From positions 3,465,293-3,489,292 of the forward strand of contig NZ_CP064923.1 in the NCBI RefSeq assembly GCF_018336915.1: a DNA stretch of 24,000 nt, written 5' to 3'. Source of the DNA: Acaryochloris marina S15. GTDB taxonomy: Bacteria; Cyanobacteriota; Cyanobacteriia; Thermosynechococcales; Thermosynechococcaceae. The position numbers and the translations under genes are program-made. Shown here piece by piece: positions 10,585 to 19,391 of this stretch; the first letter of the stretch is position 1, and each line of letters begins with the position of its first letter. Under the pieces are notes generated by a model. The model did not search any database, was not told where the DNA came from, and saw only the letters and a program-made list of their open reading frames with translations.

Positions 10585-12075
10585 TTAGCCTTTCAACTTT
10601 TTAGCCAGCATCTGATTAGTGGCTTTGGGATCAGCTCGTCCACTGGTTCGTTTCATGACTTGTCCCATGAAAAAGCCTTGAAGTTTGGTTTTGCCATTGC
10701 GGAACTGCTCTAACTCTTGGGGGTGAGCCGCTATGACTTCATCAATCAGCGTTTCCAAGGTAGCCGTATCCGAAATCTGAGTTAGTCCTTTCTTCTCAAC
10801 TAACTTTTTAGGTGAACCGCCTTTTGTTAACAAATCCGGTAAGAGTTCTTTGGCAATTTTGCCACTGATGGTGTTAGCTTCGATCAACTCAATGAGTTCA
10901 GCTAGGGCCTCAGGAGTTAAAGCAATGTCCGTAATAGATAAGTTCTCATTGTTGAGGTAGCCGGTAATATCTCCCATCAGCCAGTTAGCTGCTTGCTTAG
11001 CAGAAGCTCCAGCTTTTAAGGTTGTCTCGAAAAATTGGGTGATGGCATGATCATCTGTGAGAATTCGGGTGTCATAAGGGGACAATCCGATTTCTTCCTC
11101 ATATCGATGCCGCTTGGCTGCAGGGAGTTCGGGTAGTTCTGACTGCCATTGTTTCAGCAGCTTAGGGGCGACTTCAATCGGTGTTAAGTCTGGCTCGGGA
11201 AAATATCGATAGTCACTAGCGCCTTCTTTGCTGCGCATACCGATGGTGCGTTGGGCGCCTTCTTCCCATAAGCGAGTTTCTTGAATAATGGACTCACCCT
11301 CGCCTGCTTCAATGGCTGCAGTCTGGCGGGCGATCTCATAGTCGATGGCTCGATGAATGGCACTAAAGGAGTTCATGTTTTTGATTTCTACTTTGGTGCC
11401 AAATTCTTTCTGGCCTTTTGGGCGTACAGAAATGTTGACGTCGCAGCGCAAGGAGCCTTCTTGCATATTGCCGTCACTCACTCCAAGATATCGGACAATC
11501 CGACGAATCTCTTGGGCATATTCGGCTGCTTCGAGTCCCGTTCTCATATCGGGTTCGGAAACAATCTCGATTAGAGGGACACCGGTTCGGTTAAAGTCCA
11601 CCAGGGAGTGGGTGGAACCCGCTAGGCGATCGCTGCCGCCATGGACCAATTTGCCAGCATCTTCTTCCATATGTAGACGGGTAATGCCGATCTTTTTGCG
11701 GGTGGCTTCCCCTTGTTCGTCAACAATCTCGACTTCTATCCAGCCATGCTCGGCAATGGGCAAGTCAAACTGAGAGACTTGATAGTTTTTGGGCAGATCG
11801 GGGTAAAAGTATTGCTTCCGATCGAATTTACTGTACTTAGCAATCTCACAATTGAGGGCATGACCTGCCTTGACGGCATATTCTAAAACGGTTTCGTTGA
11901 GGACAGGTAAAACACCGGGCATACCCATGCAGATTGAGCAAACTTGATGATTCGGAGCTGCTCCAAAGGCAGTGGAACAGTTACAAAAGATTTTGGTGTT
12001 TGTACTGAGCTGGCAATGGGTCTCTAAACCAATTACCGCCTCATATTCAATCTTTGCAGGTGCCTTTGTGACCAT
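10585..12075 (-). CDS. gatB: aspartyl/glutamyl-tRNA(Asn/Gln) amidotransferase subunit B
   Basis: 496 aa, beginning ...[19 protein letters not shown]. It has a GatB core and a C-terminal GatB/YqeY-type helical domain ([13 protein letters not shown]...). Confidence 0.93.
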   Translation of the reverse strand: MVTKAPAKIEYEAVIGLETHCQLSTNTKIFCNCSTAFGAAPNHQVCSICMGMPGVLPVLNETVLEYAVKAGHALNCEIAKYSKFDRKQYFYPDLPKNYQVSQFDLPIAEHGWIEVEIVDEQGEATRKKIGITRLHMEEDAGKLVHGGSDRLAGSTHSLVDFNRTGVPLIEIVSEPDMRTGLEAAEYAQEIRRIVRYLGVSDGNMQEGSLRCDVNISVRPKGQKEFGTKVEIKNMNSFSAIHRAIDYEIARQTAAIEAGEGESIIQETRLWEEGAQRTIGMRSKEGASDYRYFPEPDLTPIEVAPKLLKQWQSELPELPAAKRHRYEEEIGLSPYDTRILTDDHAITQFFETTLKAGASAKQAANWLMGDITGYLNNENLSITDIALTPEALAELIELIEANTISGKIAKELLPDLLTKGGSPKKLVEKKGLTQISDTATLETLIDEVIAAHPQELEQFRNGKTKLQGFFMGQVMKRTSGRADPKATNQMLAKKLKG

Positions 12076-12141
12076 GTAGCGTTTGCCTTATTGCAATAAC
12101 TCTTCCCTATTCTAGAAGGTTTGGGGAGGAGAACGAATTGC

Positions 12142-12157
12142 GGTTGCGATCGCAACC
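12142..12157. repeat. 16-bp palindrome ggttgcgatcgcaacc built around a HIP1 core (GCGATCGC)
   Basis: Exact palindrome read directly from the sequence. It is one of 8 HIP1 octamers in the window. Confidence 0.9.
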
Positions 12158-12202
12158 ACACCCTTAGCAAACTCAAAACGTGATTTGGAGCATTCTGAAA
12201 CG

Positions 12203-12255
12203 AAAAAATCCTTGCCGAAAGCTTGGGGAATCCTGAATTCCATCCAAGCTTTCGG
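12203..12255 (-). terminator. rho-independent terminator after petL
   Basis: On the minus strand, ccgaaagcttgg (12255-12244) pairs perfectly with ccaagctttcgg (12226-12215). The stem is followed by caaggaTTTTTTcgTTT. It lies 16 nt downstream of the petL stop. Confidence 0.6.
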
Positions 12256-12270
12256 GTTGATGCCGTTTTC

Positions 12271-12363
12271 CTAGATCAATTTGACGGCTTTGAGACCAAA
12301 ATAAAGGCCAAGAGCCATACCGGTAAAAAGACTAATGAATAATATGTAGGCGATAAAACCCAT
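12271..12363 (-). CDS. petL: cytochrome b6f complex subunit PetL (subunit VI)
   Basis: 30-codon ORF absent from the ORF track: MGFIAYILFISLFTGMALGLYFGLKAVKLI. It is a single TM helix. It matches the cyanobacterial PetL pattern as I recall it (Nostoc ...[26 protein letters not shown]; Mastigocladus ...IKSIKLI). GAGG sits 9 nt upstream of the ATG and a terminator follows. Confidence 0.85.
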   Translation of the reverse strand: MGFIAYILFISLFTGMALGLYFGLKAVKLI

Positions 12364-12512
12364 GCGGATACCTCTAACTAGAACTTAATAGTGAACGATT
12401 GTAATCATAAATCCCACTCTTGAGTAGCTTATCGGATGGTGATCCCACCTGTCCAAGTTTGATTCAGAGATTGAGACTGCCCCCATCTTCCCAAGAGAAA
12501 GACTGAGTTGAA

Positions 12513-12860
12513 TTACCCGTTTGTTTCAATAAATTCATTCAGATCTTCGATAGTACGGGTGAGTTCAGCTTCTGTTGTGAGTCGAATGCGATCATCCCTC
12601 ACGGTAATCAGAACTTTTGCCGCAAAAGGACTAGGCCAAATATTAGGGTTGCAAAAGCATTCTAAGAAAACATCCCCGGTATACTGGTATTCCATCGAGG
12701 GTTGGGGCTGTACTTTTTCTCCAGGTGTTTTATTAGCAACGGCCTTCAGGCTTGTCATTAAGGCTGAAATTGCAGTTTTAAATTCTTGGGCTGCTTCGGC
12801 AGTAAAACTAAAAGTAACGGATCCTTCTATTAGATTTAAGCGCAGTTGTGCGGTTGACAT
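12513..12860 (-). CDS. hypothetical protein, 115 aa, soluble
   Basis: ATG-initiated ORF on the same strand as petL and directly upstream of it. It has no motifs I recognise. The overlapping + strand ORF 12508..12897 is Ser/Arg-rich and looks like its antisense shadow. Confidence 0.55.
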   Translation of the reverse strand: MSTAQLRLNLIEGSVTFSFTAEAAQEFKTAISALMTSLKAVANKTPGEKVQPQPSMEYQYTGDVFLECFCNPNIWPSPFAAKVLITVRDDRIRLTTEAELTRTIEDLNEFIETNG

Positions 12861-13243
12861 AGGGAAAACGTTGGCGAGTGGCTTTGCTCCTCAATAGTAC
12901 CTGGGTATCGGCAGCAGATCTTATGAGAAATGTAGAGGTATCCATCCATTTGAATGGATGGCCCAGCTCAAAATAAATTCATCACGCTTCATAACAATTG
13001 ACAGATTAAAGTGCGCTCGGGAACATCCTAGAAGCTAGACACATCATGCAATAAGTACCGTAAATATGATGAAATGTGTCAAAAACAAACTAAATTGCTT
13101 AACTTAAATAGCGCTTTGTCGCAGGGAAGGCTTAAATAGATGAATTATCAGCCTACGATTACAAAGGTTTGATCATTCAATTCCAAAGCAGGCCGATTCC
13201 TTGGTGTTGTTCTTCACTCTTTTCACTTATAGGAGAAGTTTTT

Positions 13244-13627
13244 ATGGTTCGTTCTATTCGAGCTTTATCAATCACCTTTACTGTAGCGAGTACAGTGGGG
13301 TGTTCTAGTCTATTGATTCCAAGTCAGGCCAATGCTCACCACACCCATTCAGCTCAAATTGCATCTGCCAAATATACCTACAATCCTCAGCTGGTGCGTT
13401 TATATACTTATGAGTGCACTAAAAAATTGAGAGAAGTAAAAGGGGATTCTGCTGATAAAGCATCGCAGATTTGCCAATGCTCAATTTCCCAAATGCAGCA
13501 ACAGCATTCTCAAATGCAGGCGATTCAAATCTTTACGAAAGCCCAAGCTAGTATCAAAGACGATCCTAAAGCGATGCCCCCAGAGCTATCTCCGTACTTC
13601 ACACCTTGTATTTCTACCAGCGGCTGA
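13244..13627 (+). CDS. small secreted or periplasmic protein of unknown function (four Cys after the signal peptide)
   Basis: ATG 13244 is preceded by AGGAG (taggagaagttttt ATG). MVRSIRALSITFTVASTVGCSSLLIPSQANA-HH looks like a signal peptide with a possible ANA cleavage site or a weak lipobox (TVGC). The mature part is Gln-rich with C..., CQC and C. Confidence 0.6.
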   Translation: MVRSIRALSITFTVASTVGCSSLLIPSQANAHHTHSAQIASAKYTYNPQLVRLYTYECTKKLREVKGDSADKASQICQCSISQMQQQHSQMQAIQIFTKAQASIKDDPKAMPPELSPYFTPCISTSG

Positions 13628-13890
13628 GGACAGGGCATCACCCTCACAGCTCGCTCCACGTAATGCGAGGGTGATAGAACCGGCAAATGGCACAGCTAAT
13701 ACTCCTGGATTAATGCTCAACAAGCCCCTAGAAGGAGATCAGCGAGTATCGTTCTAATCACACTGTTGGACGAACACTAAAGGTGTGCTTGGGGGAGAAC
13801 TTCTACATTTATCGGAGCGATACGACTCGGTCTCCTGACAGATGTTAAAAATAGGGAAGGCCCTCTTACCTTCAGCGAATCCCTTGATTG

Positions 13891-14883
13891 ATGTTAAAGT
13901 CACCATCACCTTCTTTGCTGGTTGTGATTGTCAATTATCGAACGCCCCAGCTGACGATTGATTGTTTGCAGTCTTTGCAAACAGAGGTGGAGCACCATGG
14001 CAATACAAGGGTTGTGGTTGCCGATAACCAGTCTGGAGATGAGTCCGTTGTCGTATTGCGAGATGCGATCGCATCCCATCATTGGCAAGATTGGGTCACG
14101 CTCCAATCCCTAGATACAAATGGGGGGTTTGCTGCTGGCAACAATGCCATGATTGGCCCTGCCCTTGAGTCTACCCATCCCCCTGACTATATTTGGTTGT
14201 TAAATCCCGATACGGTGGTTCATCCTGGAGCCCTCAAGACATTACTCACATTTCTTGAACAACACCCTGATGTAGGCATCGCGGGCAGTCGCCTAGAAAA
14301 TTTAGATGGCACCCCTCAATATTCAGCCTTTCGATTCCATACACTTTGGAGTGAATTAGATCAGGGATTACGGTTGGGACTGGTTTCTAAAGTCCTATCC
14401 CGGTGGATCTTAGCCCCCCCAATTGCTGACCAGGCGATAGCCACAGATTGGCTAGCTGGTGCCAGTATGATGATTCGGCGCCAGGTCTTTGAGCAAATTG
14501 GGCTACTGGATGACGACTTCTTTATGTATTACGAAGAAGTTGATTTTTGCCTTAGAGCAAGACAGGCAAATTGGACCTGTTGGTATGTCCCCGCCAGTCG
14601 CGTGGTTCATCTTGTGGGGCAAAGCTCTGGGGTGACTGGAGCCCAAGCGACCCAACAGCGACGACCGCAATATTGGTTTGACTCCCGCCATCGATATTTT
14701 CATAAGCACCACAGTCATGGGTATGCGGTCCTGACGGATCTGGCATGGCTGGGGGGATATTCTCTGTGGCAGCTACGGCAGTTAGTCCAGCACAAGCCTC
14801 AAGTCGATCCCCCCCATCTTTTACAAGACTTCTTTTGCAATAGTGCCTTTGTCAAGGGGGGGCAATGTCGCAGCAAGATTTAA
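13891..14883 (+). CDS. family 2 glycosyltransferase (rhamnosyltransferase-like GT-A fold)
   Basis: Carries LLVVIVNYRTPQLTIDCLQSL, VVADNQSGDES, NGGFAAGNN and LLNPDT, the standard GT2 N-terminal signature. The start is ATG 13891; the tracked ORF begins one codon earlier at TTG. Confidence 0.85.
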   Translation: MLKSPSPSLLVVIVNYRTPQLTIDCLQSLQTEVEHHGNTRVVVADNQSGDESVVVLRDAIASHHWQDWVTLQSLDTNGGFAAGNNAMIGPALESTHPPDYIWLLNPDTVVHPGALKTLLTFLEQHPDVGIAGSRLENLDGTPQYSAFRFHTLWSELDQGLRLGLVSKVLSRWILAPPIADQAIATDWLAGASMMIRRQVFEQIGLLDDDFFMYYEEVDFCLRARQANWTCWYVPASRVVHLVGQSSGVTGAQATQQRRPQYWFDSRHRYFHKHHSHGYAVLTDLAWLGGYSLWQLRQLVQHKPQVDPPHLLQDFFCNSAFVKGGQCRSKI

Positions 14884-15413
14884 GCCTCTGGCAACAAATT
14901 AGGGAAGACTGGCGAGCCCATCAGTCCGATTGGACCAAACCGGGATTTCGAGCAGTCGCCGTCCATCGGTTTGGGGTTTGGCGAATGCAGCTGCAGCCAA
15001 AGCTGTTAAGAGCCCCGTTTAGCCTGATTTACCGGGGGCATTACCGCTACATTCGCAATGTCTATGGAATTGATTTACCCTATACCGTCAAATTAGGGCG
15101 TCGGGTGGTGATTGAGCATCAAGGAGCCATTGTTATCCATGGAGATAGCGAAATTGGCGATGAGAGTATTATTCGTCAGGGGGTTACCTTGGGGAATCGA
15201 TATTTGGATCATCCTTTGGATGCCCCCAAGCTAGGAGCACGAGTGAATATTGGGGCAGGAGCCAAAATCCTAGGAAATGTGGTGCTGGGGGATGATGTCA
15301 ATATCGGGGCTAATGCGGTCGTTTTGTCAGACGTTCACCCAGGACAAACAGCAGTGGGCATTCCGGCCAAAATCTTGACATCCCATAGCCTCCCCATCCC
15401 TGGTGGAGATTAA
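14865..15413 (+). CDS. hexapeptide-repeat O-acetyltransferase (CysE/WcaB-like serine acetyltransferase family)
   Basis: Left-handed beta-helix repeats LGARVNIGAGAKILGNVVLGDDVNIGANAVVLSDV followed by GIPAKIL. The start overlaps the upstream GT2 gene by 19 nt and sits just behind a G7 run (14856-14862). Confidence 0.8.
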   Translation: MSQQDLSLWQQIREDWRAHQSDWTKPGFRAVAVHRFGVWRMQLQPKLLRAPFSLIYRGHYRYIRNVYGIDLPYTVKLGRRVVIEHQGAIVIHGDSEIGDESIIRQGVTLGNRYLDHPLDAPKLGARVNIGAGAKILGNVVLGDDVNIGANAVVLSDVHPGQTAVGIPAKILTSHSLPIPGGD

Positions 15414-15433
15414 GATCGCCAGCATTCACTTTT

Positions 15434-16453
15434 ATGTCTAAGGACTTAGTAGAACCCACAGCAGCAGAACAAACCATAGGCTTAGTGGCCATTGGTCGCA
15501 ACGAAGGTGATCGTCTCAAAGCCTGTTTGAATTCTGCGATCGCACAATTGTCTACCAACCATATTGTCTATGTAGACTCTGGTTCTACGGATGATAGTGT
15601 GGCCTGGGCCACGAATTTAGGGATCACAGTGTTGACCTTAGACTTATCCATACCCTTTACTGCGGCTCGGGCCCGCAATTCTGGATATAAATCTCTCTAT
15701 ACTGACTATCCTCAGCTGCAGTTTATCCAATTCATCGATGGGGACTGCCAGTTAGCAACCGATTGGTGCGCAACAGCATTAGCGACTCTAGTTGCTCATC
15801 AAGATGTAGCGGTCGTGTGTGGTCGGCGACGAGAAAAATATCCTGAACAGTCTGTCTTTAATCAGCTCTGTGATATGGAATGGAATACACCCATTGGTGA
15901 AGCGTTAGCTTGTGGAGGAGATGCCCTCATTCGGGTCTCAGCCCTTCAACAAGTGGACGGATATCGAGGATCTTTAATTGCGGGAGAAGAACCAGAACTC
16001 TGCCTGCGACTGCGGCGCCACCATTGGCGTATTCTCCGAATTGATGCAGATATGACCTGGCATGATGCTCAAATCACACATTTCAGTCAATGGTGGCAGC
16101 GTACTGTTCGGGCTGGACATGCCTATGCAGAAGGCGCATGGCTCCACAGCGCACCTCCCGAACGCCATTGGGTACGAGAAAGTCTGCGCAGTTGGATATG
16201 GGGGTTTATTCTGCCAATTACGATATTGGCAACATTGCCTGAGAGTAACGGATGGAGTCTATCTGGTGGTCTAGTTTATGTATTTCTGGTCGCAAAAATA
16301 TGCTGGAATCAGCACTCCAATCATTCCTGGCCAGCGTCAATACAATATGCACTATTCTGCGTACTAGGAAAGATTCCAGAAGCACAGGGGCAGCTCCAGT
16401 TTCATTGGCACCGGATCACGGGTCGTACGCCAAAAATTGTGGAATACAAATGA
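15434..16453 (+). CDS. family 2 glycosyltransferase with a C-terminal membrane segment
   Basis: Carries LVAIGRNEGDRLKACLNS, VYVDSGSTDDS, FTAARARNSG and FIDGDC (DxD), which indicate a GT-A fold. The hydrophobic C-terminus is WIWGFILPITILATL...LVYVFLVAKICW. Confidence 0.8.
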   Translation: MSKDLVEPTAAEQTIGLVAIGRNEGDRLKACLNSAIAQLSTNHIVYVDSGSTDDSVAWATNLGITVLTLDLSIPFTAARARNSGYKSLYTDYPQLQFIQFIDGDCQLATDWCATALATLVAHQDVAVVCGRRREKYPEQSVFNQLCDMEWNTPIGEALACGGDALIRVSALQQVDGYRGSLIAGEEPELCLRLRRHHWRILRIDADMTWHDAQITHFSQWWQRTVRAGHAYAEGAWLHSAPPERHWVRESLRSWIWGFILPITILATLPESNGWSLSGGLVYVFLVAKICWNQHSNHSWPASIQYALFCVLGKIPEAQGQLQFHWHRITGRTPKIVEYK

Positions 16454-16488
16454 GGAGCCTAATCTATCAGAAAATTAGGCACATGGAA

Positions 16489-16737
16489 TTAGTAGGCTAA
16501 GGTCTCTAGGGTCTGCTTAAGATAGGACCGCACCAAACCGTCTAGGGGTTTGCCTTGGGCATTCGCATCTAAGCCTCGCTCTAGTACCCAGCGCTTGAAG
16601 CCGGAACTACTTGAGATGACTTGCTTGAGATCAGGCCAGAATAGCTCTGAATCATCAGAGAGATAATGATTAGCTGTAGGAGACGAAAGAGGACTCATAA
16701 CTGTCTTCCAAATAGGTGAGGAATAATCACTCAGCAT
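16489..16737 (-). CDS. hypothetical protein, 82 aa (or 69 aa from the second Met)
   Basis: ATG ORF 216 nt downstream of infB on the same strand. No recognisable motifs, and coding status is not proven. Confidence 0.4.
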   Translation of the reverse strand: MLSDYSSPIWKTVMSPLSSPTANHYLSDDSELFWPDLKQVISSSSGFKRWVLERGLDANAQGKPLDGLVRSYLKQTLETLAY

Positions 16738-16883
16738 TTAACTCTTCTTTTAGAATAGCTGAGTTCACGGACCCATGCACACGTTGCATCAAAACAAAAT
16801 GATAAAGAAGCGCTTTCAAAGATCCATCTGCTCCTTGGATCTAAGGGGAGTGGGACAATCCCTTAAAAATTCCTTATTACACC

Positions 16884-16912
16884 CTCCAGCCTACTCAAAT
16901 TAGAGGCTGGAG
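16884..16912 (-). terminator. stem-loop downstream of infB (ctccagcct / aggctggag)
   Basis: A 9-bp perfect stem with an 11-nt loop begins 42 nt after the infB stop on the minus strand. A T-rich stretch (aattttt) follows only after about 14 nt, so this is not a textbook terminator. Confidence 0.4.
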
Positions 16913-16953
16913 AGTGTGACAGGGAATACAGAAAATAAAGGGCACAGGGTAGA

Positions 16954-19365
16954 TTAGGTCGCTGCAGATAATGTTCTCCGCTTCGTCACCATCTGAAAGG
17001 CTTCAATCCGATCGCCTTCAGTCCAACCACTGAAGTTATCAACGCCCACACCACATTCATAGCCTGAGTTCACTTCGCGAACATCATCTTTCATCCGCTT
17101 GAGGGAATCTAGGATGCCTTCAAAGACCACGTCATTGCCTCTTTGGATTCGAATGCGACAATTCCGTACCAATTTCCCAGATTGAATGTAACAACCTGCG
17201 ATCGCACCTCGTCCCACAGGGAACACGGCCCGAACTTCGGCTTCGCCCAAGTCTTCCTCTACAAACTCAGGTTCTAGGAGGCCTTCCATGGCGCCTTCAA
17301 TATCTTCCAACAGCTTATAAATGATGTCATATTCACGGATATCCACTCCGGCCTGATCGGCGGCTTGTCGGGCCCCGGTGGCTAAGCTAGTGTTGAAACC
17401 AATGATGACGGCACCACTGGCGGAAGCCAAATCTACATCTGTTTCGCTAATTTCGCCAGGTGCTGACAGCAATACGCGAACTTGAACTTCATTTTGAGGC
17501 AGTTGAGCCAAAGAACCCAACAGAGCTTCAAGGGATCCTTGGACATCTGCTTTGATGACCAGGTTCAGTTCTTTCAGTTCTCCTTCACGGGCCTTTTCAG
17601 ACAAGGCATTGAGAGAGACTCGTCGAGAGGCCAGGGCCTGCTGCAAGCGAGTATGGCGCTGTTGATCCGTCCGCTGTCCTGCCTGAGATCGGGCTACTTT
17701 CTCGTCCACGAAGACTTCAAATTCTTCACCCGCAGCAGGCACTTCACTCATCCCCAGCACCTCGACGGCAAAGGAAGGACTAGCCGTATCGACGCGGGCA
17801 CCGCGATCGTCAACCATGGCCCGCACTTTACCGAAGACAGACCCGGCGACTAACACATCACCGATTCGGAGGGTACCGTTTTGAACTAGCAAACTAGCAA
17901 CCGGACCTTTGGCCTTATCTAAGTGAGCCTCAATCACCGTTCCCTTAGCAGGGCGATCCGGATTGGCCTGCAAATCTTCGACTTCAGCGACCAGCAGCAC
18001 CATCTCAAGCAGCGTATCTAGGTTTTCCCCCTTAAGGGCACTGACCGGCACCATGACCGTTTCGCCACCCCAATCTTCAGGGACTAGATTATGCTCACTC
18101 AGTTCTTGGCGAACTCTGTCCAGCTGAGCCCCTTCTTTGTCGACTTTATTGATGGCAACAATAATGGGAACTTCTGCGGCCCGCGCATGGCTAATCGCTT
18201 CCAGGGTTTGTGGACGCACGCCATCGTCGGCAGCTACTACCAAAATGGCGATATCCGTCACTCGTGTTCCCCGAGCCCGCATGGCGGTGAAAGCTTCGTG
18301 ACCTGGTGTATCCAGGAAGACGACCTGTTGCACTCCATCTCCATGGGTTAAGTCAACATGGTAGGCCCCGATATGCTGAGTGATGCCACCAGCTTCTCCT
18401 TGGGCAACCTTCGTTTCGCGAATTGCATCCAAGAGGGTGGTTTTACCATGATCAACATGGCCCATAATGGTGACCACAGGCGGACGAGATTGCAGTTTCT
18501 CAAGATCTTCAGCATCCAGCATTTCTGAAACTTTACGGGCTTCAGATTCTTCTTCCTGGGTTTCGACCTCACAATCTAATTCTTCTGCCACCATCGTGGC
18601 AGTTGGAATATCCAGAACCTGATTGATATTGGCGGCAATTCCCTTCATAAAGAGAATCTTAATCACTTCAGTTTCGGGAACAAGGAGCTCCGCTGCCAAT
18701 GCTTGGACCGTTAAGTCGGAGGTTAAGGTCAGCAGCGTGGGCCGTTCGACCTCGACCTCCTGCTGTTGACGATAGCGATTTCGCTGCCGTCGATTGCCAC
18801 CTTTAGAGGGACCAGGGCTGCGATTGATAGGAACAGTCGTGGGTTTAGACTGCTTCATTGATTTAGGCTTAGGCGGTCGCACCAAAGATTGACTCACATC
18901 AATAGCCGTTTGACTATTAGCGCCATCTGCTCCAAAAAGATCGTCTTCATCCTCCTCCATCTCTTTTTGCGTGCGCCGCTTCTGCTTGAGGCTAGCTTTT
19001 GAAGCCTTAGTGGGCCGATCTTCTAACTGATCATCTGATTTAACAGTCCGCTTATCTTTTTTCTGACGTGATGTTGGCGGCTTGAGAACGAGTAGCTCAG
19101 TGGTGTCATTGTTGTCTTTGGCTGCGCCCGCTCCACTAGTCTTGGATGCTTCCTGCTCTTTCTCAGCTTGTTGTTTCGCTTTTGTGATGGAAATGGGGCG
19201 AATCAGTCGAGGACGAGGCGGTTCTGTTGCTGCCGGCTTAGTCGGCGGCTCCACGGTTGGCGAAACGGCGCCTGTTCTAGGGCTAACTTTAGGCTCTTCT
19301 GGACGAGTAGGTTTGGGGGGGGAATTGAAAGTGGGTTTGCTCAGAAGCTGAGGCTTCTTCACCAT
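16954..19365 (-). CDS. infB: translation initiation factor IF-2, core part (linker, G domain, domain II, C1/C2)
   Basis: 803 aa with G motifs [20 protein letters not shown] and NKVDK, plus a C-terminal IF2 fold (...[15 protein letters not shown]). The reading frame is already open upstream of the ATG and joins the 19392..20042 ORF if one C is added at 19418-19423. Confidence 0.93.
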   Translation of the reverse strand: MVKKPQLLSKPTFNSPPKPTRPEEPKVSPRTGAVSPTVEPPTKPAATEPPRPRLIRPISITKAKQQAEKEQEASKTSGAGAAKDNNDTTELLVLKPPTSRQKKDKRTVKSDDQLEDRPTKASKASLKQKRRTQKEMEEDEDDLFGADGANSQTAIDVSQSLVRPPKPKSMKQSKPTTVPINRSPGPSKGGNRRQRNRYRQQQEVEVERPTLLTLTSDLTVQALAAELLVPETEVIKILFMKGIAANINQVLDIPTATMVAEELDCEVETQEEESEARKVSEMLDAEDLEKLQSRPPVVTIMGHVDHGKTTLLDAIRETKVAQGEAGGITQHIGAYHVDLTHGDGVQQVVFLDTPGHEAFTAMRARGTRVTDIAILVVAADDGVRPQTLEAISHARAAEVPIIVAINKVDKEGAQLDRVRQELSEHNLVPEDWGGETVMVPVSALKGENLDTLLEMVLLVAEVEDLQANPDRPAKGTVIEAHLDKAKGPVASLLVQNGTLRIGDVLVAGSVFGKVRAMVDDRGARVDTASPSFAVEVLGMSEVPAAGEEFEVFVDEKVARSQAGQRTDQQRHTRLQQALASRRVSLNALSEKAREGELKELNLVIKADVQGSLEALLGSLAQLPQNEVQVRVLLSAPGEISETDVDLASASGAVIIGFNTSLATGARQAADQAGVDIREYDIIYKLLEDIEGAMEGLLEPEFVEEDLGEAEVRAVFPVGRGAIAGCYIQSGKLVRNCRIRIQRGNDVVFEGILDSLKRMKDDVREVNSGYECGVGVDNFSGWTEGDRIEAFQMVTKRRTLSAAT

Positions 19366-19391
19366 CTCGGGAACTTGAGTGGCTGGTTTTG

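Noticed and set aside
12385-12404. HLR1-like (RpaB) direct repeat ATTACAATcgTTCACTAT upstream of petL on the minus strand
   Set aside because: Only the first half-site is close to the (G/T)TTACA(T/A)(T/A) consensus. The second has several mismatches, so it is too weak to call without conservation data.
12508-12897. 129-aa + strand ORF overlapping the 115-aa minus-strand ORF
   Set aside because: It starts at a non-ATG codon and is Ser/Arg-rich. The opposite-strand ORF starts at ATG and is co-oriented with the petL gene that follows it. Only one can be real and the minus-strand ORF is the better candidate. Neither is proven.
14856-14883. Possibility that GT2 (13891..14883) and the acetyltransferase are one frameshifted fusion gene because of the G7 run at the junction
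   Set aside because: Both ORFs are complete on their own. The GT2 has a normal length and C-terminus, and the acetyltransferase has its own ATG behind a G-rich SD-like run. A 19-nt overlap is ordinary translational coupling.
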